DNA from: Camelus dromedarius
Taxonomy: Eukaryota
Reading direction: 5' to 3'
DNA: 64,000 bases
Assembly (NCBI RefSeq): GCF_036321535.1
Contig: NC_087436.1
Location: 117,616,001 to 117,680,000, forward strand
The first letter of the stretch is position 1. Each line of letters opens with the position of its first letter. Below the pieces are notes generated by a model. That model made no database searches, was not told where the DNA came from, and saw only the letters and a program-made list of their open reading frames with translations. Positions 27,901 through 40,969 of this stretch are shown here, piece after piece. The position numbers and the translations under genes are program-made.

Positions 27901-28676
27901 AAAGTCCATGAAAAAATATTTTCTGACTCAGGTGAAAAACAGAAAGAAGGAAATATCAACATTTTGGACAAAAGTTGTAAACAAAGTAAGTTTAGATTCC
28001 TTGCAACTGAATAATTTATAAAACATGATAACACATACTTGACTCAAATCCTATGCATTTTTATTTAATAACTGTAAATGACTAGGAAGTATGTTGTCTG
28101 TGCAAACACAAAAAATGAAAAATTATTTCCTAATCTAAAAAAATAAAGTCCTGAAACATAGTATTCCATATCACTTACAATAATAATGTCATTATACTGC
28201 AACATGTTATAAATTCACAGTGGAAAATAATATCTAACTCGGAGAATTCGGTATTCGGTCCCTTCAGTGTCCTGTCTCTCCTATTTCCAAACATCTCATG
28301 TTAAAACAATTTAGTCAGTAGAACTAGACACAAAATTTTTAATTATGAAAATCTGTGGCATAACCAATACCTTTAGTTAAAATGCCACAAAAAGTCTTCT
28401 TTGCCTAGTACACATAACCACAGAAAGTAAATTCTCGGACTCAAGAGTTGGTCATACAGGCTCCCAACTCCATCAAAAGAGCCCCGAGAAGAGCTGTAAG
28501 GCCAAGGGCGGTTCTGTACCAGCGGCAGCGAGGCTCCAGGCCCGTCAGGACAGGCTTCACCTCCTTCCCACCTTTCACAACGTCATATTAGACTCTGTTT
28601 CTTTTTAAATCTCCTTCATTTTCTAGTCCCCAGATTCACTCTGGTTGGCTGTGATCCTGATAGTACAGAAACACCT

Positions 28677-28684
<8 letters not shown>

Positions 28685-28709
<25 letters not shown>

Positions 28710-28731
28710 GAAAAAGAAAAAGAAAAAGAAA
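28685..28731 (+). repeat. Poly(A) / (AAAAAG)n simple repeat
   Basis: A run of about 25 nt followed by GAAAAA units. Confidence 0.9.
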
Positions 28732-31700
28732 GTACAGAGTAAGACATAATTCCAGAAAGTTTTGATATTTTAGGAAGCTGGTTTTATGTGTATATATGTG
28801 TGTATGTGTTAACACAGGTGGAGAAGGGGAATTTACAGTCACATAATAGAACCTAAGCTGGTATTCTTTATGAAATTACACATGCAAATAGAAGTATTTA
28901 TACTTAGACAAAGATTTACAGCCATGTTTGAGAAAATTTAGCAACTTTACTGATCCTCTCCACAAGACACATAAATATAATTTACTTATAATCTCCTCCT
29001 GTCACAAAACCAAGGAGTTTCTAAATCACACATAATCTGGTGCTTTTTTAAAACACACTAATTTGAATAGAAGAGAAAATTTCGCAAAGACAAATGTTTA
29101 TATCACTATTTTTATGAATGCAGCTATCATTTCATTTACAAGAGTTCCTGTGAATGTTGTTCCAGCTATAATAATCTCACATGTACTAAGAAGTAGTTTT
29201 TAAAATTAAATCTATTATATTTGTTACATCTTTATGCAAAATGAACAGCTGGCTCTATTTTATATTTTACGTATGTATGGACTTTCTTATTAAAATTTCC
29301 TAAACAGAAGATATATCTGTACTAAGTGACTAGAAGCTCAGAGTACCACGTAAATGCTGTAGAAAATTATTAACAATTTCCTTCCTTGCTCTCCATAGAG
29401 CTCAGACACAAAACCAAGATAATATCGGAATAAGGCATTTGTACACAAAGCCATGACAGAACTTTGGCCTTGTTACCGTGCTGTTTTATGCTTTCTTCGT
29501 AAGGCTGTATGTAAACTGAGTGCCACAAGCCAACTGAAATGGTAAAACTGCCGAGGAGGGAAGTTTCCCTAGATGAATTTACTTGTGAATTTAAATATGC
29601 GTTTCACAAGACTGGTTACCAAAAACTGTGCCTTACTGTCAACTACAGACACACAACAACTACGTAAGAGAACAAACGTAAGGGTTTTTTTAAAAAGACA
29701 GACATGTTATGAATTAATTCCATCATTCCTTCCTTCCCTTATTGCTTCCTCCTTCTCTCTCTTCCTTTCTTCCTTAATTTCATTTCCAAAGTCACAGAAA
29801 ACACATTTTAAAATATTGCAATGAATTTGATACAAATTATTCTGCATCAACACCCGGTTTCCGCCAACCTCTAGCTCACAACCATCTTTACTCACATACA
29901 TGAGCACTTATTTCTTAACATTAATGCTTTAAATAGAGCTTAAAATTGTGAAACTAAGTAAAAGAAACAAAAGAAAGTCTGGAAAGATTTCTTCTCAGCC
30001 TTTTTCAAAAAAGGCCTTTCCCTTTTTAAACAATTTACATGATGTTTTATGGTCCTTTTAGAAGAGAATTATAGTAAATGGCACTCCAAGTGGGTTGTGT
30101 GAACCCACAAACCACTCCTCATAAAAACTGCTATAATTTTCCAGGACAGGGACAATAAAATATCATACATAAGCCAAAGCTAAATCACGGTGTGACCACA
30201 GTAACAAACACATTATTTTCACAAAAATTAAGCATGATAAAGCTAACAAAGAAATGGCAAAAAGAAAACTTCTGACAGATTTTTCTCTATCTACTTAGCA
30301 TTTATACAAGCATTTACAGAATTTTCCTCCATTTCCTAAGCGGCTTGAAACACAGGTGTTAATCTAGTTCCCAAGGTTTTATATGTAGTTTATCTATTTT
30401 CAGTAAGAATATAAGTGACTTCAACTGTAGCTCAAAGGACACAAGCCAATCAGCCTACCGAAAATTGCTGACATTTTTATTTTTTATCAAATGTTAAGTT
30501 TACAGTTCTAACGGAATTTTCAGGAGATGCATTTCCCATTTCAGACCACTAGGGACTAATGAGTGTCTTCATTCCCAAATGAGTAACTTAAAAGTTCATA
30601 GAATTAATGCTGCAAACACTAATGATGCACTCCTTTCTCCCTAATAGAACCAAACTCATTATCTGTGAAACAGATGAGAAGATCCAAGCACTATACAGAG
30701 AAAAGGGGACGCTCAAATCAAAGTTTTAAAAGATGAAAGTAATTCAAATAGTAGAATTCTTTCATCATCATCTATGCTGAAAAACTTCCCACTTTCCCTT
30801 TCCCCAAGATAGTTATTAAACATTAAAACTGAAAAACAATACGAAGACTGTGCTTTTGTAACTCAGGGGTGGGAGAAACGGCAATACCTCACTGACACAG
30901 AAAGTAAAGCCTACCCAATCCGATTCCCTGTAGCTGATCCCAGCAGCTTACCGCTAAGTCAGGCATAATACTGAAATTAGGCTTGGTGAGCCAGGCCAAG
31001 ATATCTGCGAAAGAATATCATTTACAGAGAGTTATCTTATGATGCAGTAATAATGGTAAAATGAAACGGCATTTTCTACTTAAATCTGTTATTATTAATT
31101 CTGGTTAGAGAGAGCTATTTAAAATATTTATAACACTCCTTCACAGCAAAACTGGAATGAAATAATACAAAGCTCTGAAACAAGCTGACCGATAGGAACC
31201 TAACAGACATGCTTTACCGCTCTTCAGATTCTTACACTGAAATGGATGGCTTTTTCTAGAATAACAAATTATGTTAAATTTATGTAGCATTTTTGCACAT
31301 AGCTCAAGGTTCCCAACTCTTTCCAAAAGGGTATCGTTAATCAGCATCACAAATTTCTAGCAGAATATGGCAATGATTCAATTAAATCCGCTAAGACATC
31401 AAACACAGAAATTTGCTCTCCTTCCTCCCACGCACAAAATAAATTCATTCTAAAACGGCAGAGGTTGAACACCTGAAATGCATACTCATCAAATCCTTTC
31501 ATATAAAAATACACTTCTTTAAAAGAAAAAAAAAATCTTTGCTTCCAAATCAAACTCTAGAATATTTAAAAACTATTTACATTATTAGGTATAAAGAACA
31601 AATAGTCATGTTAAATATTGTGCTATTAAAAATAAATTCATTATTCTTGAGGTTAAAGTTTTGCATGCTAAAATATGTTTTATCTTTATTCAGACAGTCT

Positions 31701-34029
31701 AGCGGGTCTTTGTTTGTGTTTATTGGAAGTGCCTTCCAAATACTAGGCCCCAAATCAGAGCTCCCCAAATGGAATCTGCAGAGAAAAAACACCGATTCCA
31801 AAAAGAAGACTGTGCAAACAATACATAGTTCCAAGATAAATAAATCTACCCAAACCAACTAAACTGTTCTTCCAGGTTAATCAGACTCCTGCCTAGTGAA
31901 ATACATCTTTCAGGAAACTTAAGATGTCCACATATCAGACTTACAATTCAAATGATCTTCAGAATTAAAAAATTTCACCAGCCCAAACACAATGAACAAC
32001 TTATCTAGTCTTGTGATTAGATATGAAGAATCTTTGAAGATGCAAAATGTCTTCACCTCATTCTACAAAATCTGACCTGACTCCTCCTCTACTTACCAGA
32101 GTCCACCCACCCACCTAGCCCACTCCTCCCAGCCCACCCCACCCCTTCCACTGCCCTTACTGGACTCTATGTTATTTGCCGAATATGGCAAAATTCTTCT
32201 AAGCAAAAAGAAGAATTTACTGAATCTCTTTTTGCTCCATGGTGTGGCTTCCTTTAGGTCCCCTCACTGACAATTCTTTGGCCCCAAAGCGTGGGGGTAC
32301 AGGCCGATCTTCGTGGCTGGCTCTACGGACGTATCATGAAGCCTTTACAAATGACCACACAAACACATTACCACAATGGAGGTCAACTCGTGCACTCAAA
32401 TGCCAATGTGAAACTTACACAGAAGTAAACTACAGACATAAATCTAAAAGGGTAGAATTCCACTCTGTGATCCTAAAATTATTTCAAGGAATCAATCTTC
32501 AAGAATCCATCACGAAATCAGAAGAGCCCAGTTAAGCTTTAAGAAGGAAAGAAAATGAAAGGCTTTAGAAGAGGCAGCAAAGGTTTCACCAATCATTATA
32601 TCATTGCGAGGGCTCAAACTACAGATGAAGTTAGAATACAGAAGATTGTAGAAAGGGCATTTAAAATTATTAACTGATCAAAAATTTGTAGTTGTCATTA
32701 AAAAAAAAATACAACATAGCAATTCAGTTCAGAAAGAAGAATATCCCCAGGAACATACACATCTGTTTAATATTACAAGCCAACTGTCAACATCCTAAGT
32801 GAAGTTTTAATTTAATATTTTTTCTTTCTTGATGTTTTACCTTTAATCAATGCCTCATGAGAGTATCAGCTTTCTATAAGAAACTGTTAAATATAAAGAA
32901 ATGTTATTGTAGCATGTTTATAAAATCATAGTTCGAGAACTTTTTATTTTTCCAAAGCCTGACCACAACTTAATTATCTGCAGGACATTCCAGGCTCACA
33001 ATTGCAAGCTCCAGTTCCCAAGCAATTTTAAACAATATCTACTGTACAGGACAGAGGGTACACAACAGACCGCAACATGGTTATATTTCCAAAAGTCAGC
33101 ATTAGGCCCTTTAGACATGGTTTTTATTTTCATTAAGCAATATTTGTTTCCTCACTAATCATTAAATGGTTTTCATCACTATCGCCTGTTTTCCTTTCAC
33201 ATGTCACTTGTTAGCATCAGTGTTTGTGTTCATAATAAATAAAAAAGTGACCCACCCCGTTATTTAAAAATGAACGCACACAGTGTCTGGTTCAACAAGT
33301 GTCAGAGATTCTACAACAGACTCACACCCTGAATACTGTTCAGTTTTAACCTAGACGCTAAGAGACTTTAATGGAGTGACAGACTCTGCACAACACTCCT
33401 TCGAATCAGATTTAAGTTTCATGCCTGCTTATGTTATTGTGGGCACATAGATCTAATCAGCGGTTCGAGACATTTACTTGGGAAAATCCAAAAGGACGAA
33501 GAAAAGACAGCAAGTTCATATTCCTGACCATAATGGAGAGGAGTTGAAAATATTGCCAATTCCTACAGATGGATGAGAAAAGTAGCCTGATTAAAAGTAA
33601 CATGCCAGAAACTGACCAAAATGCGGGGGAGCAACTAACAGAGTATTCCAGAACTTTAGGAATGATTCTGGGGAAGAGTATCTAAAAACAAAAAGAGAGA
33701 GAGAGAGAGAGAGGGAAGAGAAAGCTGTATGCCACGAGGTTATTAGGAACAATTTAAAAATATGTGAAGTGTGGAAGAAACAAAAGTACATCAGAGGTAA
33801 AATGAATAGCCAGTAGAAAAAATAATCCAATTAAATACCCTAGAAAACCTTCAAGAAGTCAGATACTTGCACTGTTACACTGGAACCACCAGAGTTTTCA
33901 GAAGAGTAAATTATTTAAGTCCAAATAAACAAATTTTAGATTTCAGATTAACTGGCCAGCAGGTATGTAAACTCAGAGAGACAGACAGATGCACAAAGGC
34001 AGGGCACATGTGTTTATTGGTTTCCATGT

Positions 34030-35200
34030 TTATTTACCAAACACTTCATAAACTTTCCTACGTGCCAAGCACTTTCCAGGTGCTTTACTAATCTTGTCCT
34101 CCAAAGTTACATACTACTTTATTCCCATCACATAGATCGGGAAATGCAGTGGAGTAATGTGCCCACAAGTCACACACCAGGAGGCAGTAGCGCCTAGAGT
34201 CCTTGCTCTTAACCACCATGCCACCAACCATCCCAGGTGACACTGCCTTTATCAAGGTAAGAAGAGGTCTAGTATTTGGAGGGACCCATATGCCTACCTT
34301 CTCTGCAGCCTCCTTCTCTGACTCCTTCTCCTCTATCAGTCTCTCAAATGTTGCCATTCCCCACTTTGAGGGCCTCTTTTCTTCTCATTTGAAATTCCTC
34401 TCGGGTAACCTCACTCTCTCCTCAAGGTTTCAACCTCCACCTATACTCTGATGTCTCCCAGTCTACGTCTCTGGGCTCAGAAACCTTCCCTGAGGTCCAT
34501 TTCCATATTTACTGCTGCCTGATAAACATGTTCCCTTGGGCGTGTGTTCAGCAGGCACCTCAAATAACCACAAAACTGAACTCATCCAGGCACCCACAAC
34601 TGAAATCTCGAAGTCATCTAGAACCACTGATTTTCATCTCCTGTATCTAACGGGTCCTAAATCCTAATAATCTCTCTGAAAACTGTCCTCTGTCCCTATA
34701 CTCACTGGCTTAGTTCAGGCCTTCACTGGGGCTTGTTTGGACCTGATTGCTGCAACAGTCAATGGCTCCCCCTCCTTGTTGCTAGTCCTCACCTCCACTA
34801 CCAATCTACCAATGGCTGGCAGAATGATCTTTCTAAAATCCATACCTGATCCTGCCAGTCCCCCACTGAAAACGTTTCATGGGTCACCATGGCCTTCAGG
34901 ACAATGCCCTTCTTTCCCCATGCTAGGGAAATCTCATTTACCCGTCAAGGCTTAGCTCAAAACGCACCTCTCCTGTGAAGCCCTCCCCGCTTCAAGCCCC
35001 CCCCCCCAACTGGGTTCTTCACTTCTACCTCCGTGTCCACATATACTCTGAGAGCAGCACTTATCAAAACATGCTTTAATTATCTGCCTGTTGGTCTGTC
35101 TTTTCACTGGACTATGCGTTTCTCCTAGTCAGGGATTGCCTCGCTCACGTTTGTACACCCAATACCTAGCTGCATGCCTGGCACACTGGATGTTCAATAA
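34030..35200. mobile_element. MIR (34030-34220) followed by plus-strand L2 3' region (34290-35200)
   Basis: CTTAACCACCATGC MIR end. L2 motifs CAGAATGATCTTTCTAAAATCCATACCTGATC and TGCCTGGCACA...TTCAATAAA. Confidence 0.75.
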
Positions 35201-35329
35201 AGAGTGAGGGAGTTAAGACTTCACTCTCAGAGACACCTCCAGTTCAAAGCAGCATTAATAATCTGCCTAAGGCAGAGTGGAGAAGCACGACTCGGAGCGC
35301 AGTGGACACCCACATCCAGTGCCCTCCTC

Positions 35330-35838
35330 CAGGGAGCAGCTCCCCACATTTCCTTTGGAAATCACTCCTCCTCTATTCTCAGCGATGTGTCCTGGGTGCA
35401 GGTGACACTGCCCCAGCTGCAGAGCGGGGTCCTCAGCCGGCCAAGCTATGTAGTACCTCCTTTCCCTCTGGACACGGGCTGAAGGATAGGCACCTGACTC
35501 ATTCCAAGATTCTGGGGGTGCTCCGAGGAAAGGGCGTCTCTCCTACTCAGGATGGGGCAGAATGGCAAGCAAGGGCTGCAGGTGCTGCAGCTCGAGAGCT
35601 ACCGCAAAGCAAGAGCTCAGCGGTGCCTTTCGGGAGATGCTAATCCCACAAAGGCAGAACAGAGGGAGTGAGAAGAAAGGCCTTTGCTAACAGTTTTGTC
35701 CCCCTGGGTCCAGCCATGCCAGAGGTCAAGTCGTATCACTAGACTTCTCAGTGATATAAATCAATAAATTCCCTTAGACATTTTAAGCTAATTTGCATTG
35801 GGTTCTCTGTAACTTGTAATCTTAAGACTCCTGATACA
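35330..35838 (+). mobile_element. MaLR LTR (MLT1J/K-like)
   Basis: TCCAGCCATGCCAGA...GACTTCTCAGT...CAATAAATTCCC...TTGGGTTCTCTGTAACTTGTAA...CCTGATACA. Confidence 0.75.
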
Positions 35839-36159
35839 GCAAGTTAGTGTCTGTGGGAAGAAAATCAAGTTACGCATTTGAAGAAGTGCACAGGAAAAGG
35901 AAACAAAACAAGGAGAGAGCAGAGTAGACCACAAGTTAAATCTGATAGGCAACGGGGAAAAATGTCAACAGGATATTCCAAGACACAAATAAGAGGAGGT
36001 TCAAGATGCCTTCCTCTCCAGACAGCATGAACCAGGCCCTCACAGGGCCCTCCTATGGTACCTTCATGAGAAGAATAAAGCCTTATAAAGAGCTAGAAAA
36101 AGAAATAAAAAAATAACAAATGCTTCTTTCTGCAAAGGCCTTTATGAGAAAAAGAAAAG

Positions 36160-36410
36160 GCTTTGAGATAATTTAATCTGGAGAAAGCAAGTCCTAGAGG
36201 CAATTTAACTTGTTGAAGGGTTATTTATAAGGAGGTGACTAAACAGCTGTTCTCCAATTTCACAGGGAAAAGAATTAAAGGAAACTGATTTACATTTCAG
36301 TACGAGGCTGAAGGCAGGCAGAAGGGAGAAGTGCTTGAGGGAGAACTGTTAATGGTGAAAAAAGCTAAATGAAAAACTGGATTTTTATGGCATTTAGAAG
36401 ATAGAAAATC
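36160..36410 (+). mobile_element. CR1/L3 LINE 3' fragment
   Basis: TTTAATCTGGAGAAAG...CAGCTGTTCTCC...AGGAAACTGATTTACATTTCAG, the same family motifs as the copy at 59390. Confidence 0.6.
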
Positions 36411-38839
36411 ACCCATGTTGATTCTTTCAGCTTTGGGTCAAACTAGGATACAAGTATTTGAGAATGCCTTCTATTCTTTTAGTCACATACCATGTACTGA
36501 ATCCGTACTATCGGCCAGGCACGGTGCTAGGTACTGGGAATGCAAAAATGATTAAGACGTGGTGTGGGTCCTGTCTAACAGCTGCGGTACTAGTTACAAA
36601 AGCCACCGAGGGAAATATTCAGAAGCATCCTGTCAGAGTCTTACCCTCCCCTTTGCCATCCCCCATGCTCAAAAGTAAACAGCGTAGTCTGGGAGCCAAC
36701 ACAACAGCACCTGGAAAGTTCAGCAACAATGCAATCATTAAACACGCGAGTGCCTCTCTCCTTACTAGGTGGGATACTGCCTGATTCACCAATCACTGAA
36801 TAAAGCCAATTAGATCTCCAAAAATAACAATAACACCACCAAACAATAATGCAAAGGCTGTCGTAAGCCACGCATAGTTCTTGGCTTAACGAGTAATACA
36901 GGCAGCAAATGCTTTGAATTCAGAAGAGAGAGATTAGTATAGGGTAGAACATGCCTTTAAAGATGGGCAGACTATGAGTAAGTGAAGGGGAGCGAGCCGT
37001 CCAGGCAAGAGATCTAGCAGGAGCCAAGCAAGGAGACAAGAAAGCAGAGGAGTCCGTGAACAGAGCAGCTTGGTTAAAGCTGGTGGGATGATTCAGGCAA
37101 GTGTGGGATGTAAAACTGGAAGAGTGGGTAGAGCTAGTTTTATAAAGACCTTTGAACACCGTCCAAATAACAGAATTCATTGTGTGAGAAATGAGCAGTA
37201 TTGAACACTTCTGAGCAAAGTAACATAATGAAAACAGCATTTTCTGCACAGTGGCTTGGCTCTGAGAGGGGCGGAGGATGGGGAGCGCTCAGTGCTGTTG
37301 CATCAGCTTAGGCTCAAAATGGTGAGGGCAGGAGCCCACATGGGAGCAGCGGGCTGGTTGAGAAAGAGAGGAAGCACAAGGCAAGAATTAATTTCGCAAA
37401 TATACATTGAGCTCTGCACTGTGCTCTGTGCTGGGACGGGGAGAGGGACGAGGCCCCTGTCCGCTTGGGCCTGAAAATTCACTGGACAGGGGAGGCCAGC
37501 AAAAGGGAAACTGACTGAGACAACTGCAAAGATGGTGGTCAGTGCGGATGAGCGTCCAGTAGGCTCTGATTCCCAGAGTTTTATTTACATGAGCTGAACA
37601 ACAATAAAATGTCAAAATATAGACAGAAAAACCAATCCTCCCAAAATATCACCTCATGTGTATCATGGGAGATGTTGATTTTTTTTACTGCCAGTTGAGT
37701 CATGGAAAAGTATAGAAGCAAATATGCCTGTGCTGACTGAAGTGTACCAAGTAATGAACACAAAAAAAGACTTTCAGAAAAAAGGTCTTTTTTAGGACTG
37801 AAATGTTTCCAGATTTCATCCTTTGACATACTGAGATATATTCACAGATTTCCCACTTACCCACAGATAAGTATTTAGAAGCCTTCAGAAAATTCATCAC
37901 CTCTCCTTGATATCTCTTTTTTTTTTTCCTCCTTCCCTTAATTTAATTTTGATTTAACTTCCTCTTGTCATTGCTTGCTTACAAATCATGGCCTCTATGT
38001 CTGGAGTCAATTAGGACTATAAAGTACCCCACCACGCCTTCATCTGGGGACCCATTTATATCTATTTTCTTATTTCAAGAGGTACGGCTAAAAGCCTGTA
38101 ACTCCAAAAGTTTCCAATCAACCATCACATTCTATTCTTTGGAAAAGTACGCCTCTCTCCACAGTTAAGAAGACGACAGCTAACCGTATTTTGCAAGAAT
38201 TTTTCCTCTCCACCTGTATAACGGTGAATTGTGCTTTGGGAATTCATTTGCAAAAATGGGCTGAGTGTGTGTAATACATGCTTAATAGCAATAACATTAA
38301 AAAATCTTTCTACCATTTAAAATTAAATGTAATTTCCTTATTACTTTAATGGACTCCTTTGGAGGTGAAGTATTTAACTAGTCCCTTTCACATCAAGTAT
38401 TCATTATATAATTCCCTTTTAATATTAGGTATATTAGGAATGTAAACTGTCCATTGACAGAATAAAAACACACATTTTCACTGAAACAGAACAGGAGAAA
38501 GACAAGGCGGCTTGATTCAGAATCTGATAATGGGTTACAGATTCCATTCCAGTTCAGATTTATAGTCAAAATACCACAAGAGCCATTTACCACCTCTAAC
38601 CTTTCAGAGCATACTTGGAAGAAAAGTATGAACTGCCACATCACTAAGAAAATCTGCTTGAGCCTAAAATTCTTGACTTTTCCTTATTGCAGTTTTGAGG
38701 GAGAGAGAGAGACATACATTGCCTTTAAAAACCATCTTAAATAAAAAGGCAAAGATGAATTGTCCATAATTCGGTTCATGAAGAGGAACTCCCTTTGTCA
38801 CTATCTTTCAGGGTCACTCCTGAGTGGGGCTGCAATGTC

Positions 38840-39170
38840 TGCTGCTGGCTGGGGTCAGCCTATTGGCTAAACCCGTTCTAACCCATGGGATGCTAGACAT
38901 GCCCAGAGGAAAAACTCTAGGGCTGCTGGGCAGACAGCTAATCTGAGTAACGGACTGTGGGCGCAAAGCCTTTCCCCAGTTCCCACACCAACCCCTCCCT
39001 CCTCCAGCCTTCCAGTCGCCTGCTGGTGTCTCCCACTGGCTGCACCCAATCAGAAGCCAGAGAGCAAGGAAACCTAGCCAGGCACCCCAGAAAGATCAGC
39101 CTCCTGGGGCAGGAGCAGAGTGGAAAGGACAGAGAGTGGGTCCAGGGGGACCAAGAGACAACACTGGCTC
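38840..39170. mobile_element. Old ERVL-type LTR fragment (LTR33-like)
   Basis: CCCACTGGCTGCACCCAATCAGAAGCCAGAGAGCAAGG...CAGCCTCCTGGGGCAGGAGCAG. Confidence 0.55.
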
Positions 39171-40969
39171 ACCCCACCACCTCCTGCTTCTCACTCCTTC
39201 CAGTTAAACTGAACTTTCTGCAGATTCCTCCATCCTGTGCCTCCCCGCTCTCGGAGCTTTGTCATGTGCTCCTGTCCCGCTTCTCCTCTCTCCATATCTC
39301 TGAGGCCCACCTCAGTGTCACCTCTTCCATGAAGTCTCCCCCCAACCTCACCCAGAAGTAACCTCTCTGTTCTCTTAATTCTCAAAGTTGCTCTTTCGAA
39401 GATTTCTATAACTCCTTATGAGTATGTCTTATGAACTTACTTATCACTACCTGACGTAAGTATCCTTTTTATCTGTTTTCTTGTTTGCCGTAAGTGTCCC
39501 ATTAGAATGCAAGCTCCACAACAGCAGGGTTTTGTCTGTCTCACCTTCGCTCCATCCCTGGTGTCATACACAGCACAGAGCCTACAGAAGATGCTCGATA
39601 AATACTTACTGAACTGATGAAAGCCCTCTTCTAGGGTGTTAACATATCAATGTCACGATGAAAGTCTCATTCATCTTTCCATCCCAAAGCGCCTTCCTTT
39701 GCTTATGGGATAGTCAATAAATACAAGCTGATAACAAAGTTGCCATTTAATGACTATCTCTAATGTGCCAGATACAACACCGGCAGCTTTACATAAAATA
39801 TCGCACTCGGTCCTCAAAACAAACCTAACAGGTAGCGTGGCAGAGCTGTGCCTTCAGGATGAAGGCACTCATTCTCCCAGCTCCCAGAAGAACTGTCTGC
39901 TGACAGCTCACAGCTGGGTCTCCTCTCTCAAGGCACTGTCCTCAGCAGAAAGAAGCTGCCTCACCCAACTCTATGCCTCGTCCCTGAAGCAAGCCCTCAT
40001 CCACCGGCTGACCAATGCAATGGTTTTAAAGGCTTGGCCCCTTGCCTCACTTGTGCAATTGTGAAAAGCCCTCTCAGCTCCAGAGTCCTGCGTGGGACTG
40101 ACTGCTGAATGCACAGATAAACAAACAGCAAAGTAGTGTCCCAACAACAGAAAAGGGAATTAGACTTTTTTCAAATATATAATGTAGAAACTGCATCTCC
40201 TTCCTTCTCAATGATTTTACTAACTAAAACCACAAACCTTTTTCCCTTTTCCCAAAAACGCTCCTCAACACTACCCATAAGAAATACATGGCCACTAGGT
40301 AACTGTTGATTTTAAAAACAGTTTGATTTGGAGGCAGCTTATTTCCCCAAAAGCTAGTCAGGCCCCTTCAAATACCTGTGATGTATGCAGCAAAATATGC
40401 TCCTAAAGACAACATGCCAAGGAGAAAAGCACCGGGGATCTGACCATGCACGCAGGGAGCCAGGGGAGGTGGCAGGCGATCGATTGGAGGAACACGGCGC
40501 AAGCTCGTCAATGTGACATCGTCCTGGGCAGGGCACTGAACCTGCTGAACCTCAGTTTCCTCATGAGTAAAGGAACCTAACTTTCAAGGACAGTCAACTA
40601 AATGACAAAGCTTTGAGCGCAGGGCCAGGCAGAGTAGGTGCTCAGCAAGTGGTAGCTATTATTATCCTTTATTACTTTGCAGAATGACAACCAGAAAGCG
40701 AAGACATCAATAAAACATTGTGGATGATTTTCTTGTACAGGTTAAGGAAGTCTGAACTGGAAATCCAGCCGAGTTACAAGAAAACGACTCCCTTTACAAA
40801 AGATTTACCGCAGACTTCCTTTAAACAGGGACCCCCTCTGCTGTGCATTTAATATGTAATTAGATACGGATTTTCATGACATCTTTCCAATCAAAAGATG
40901 CTAATTCTTCTCCATTTCCTTCTGCAGCAAAACTCCAGGCAGAGGAGTTTTTATTTGTTCTGTTTTGTT

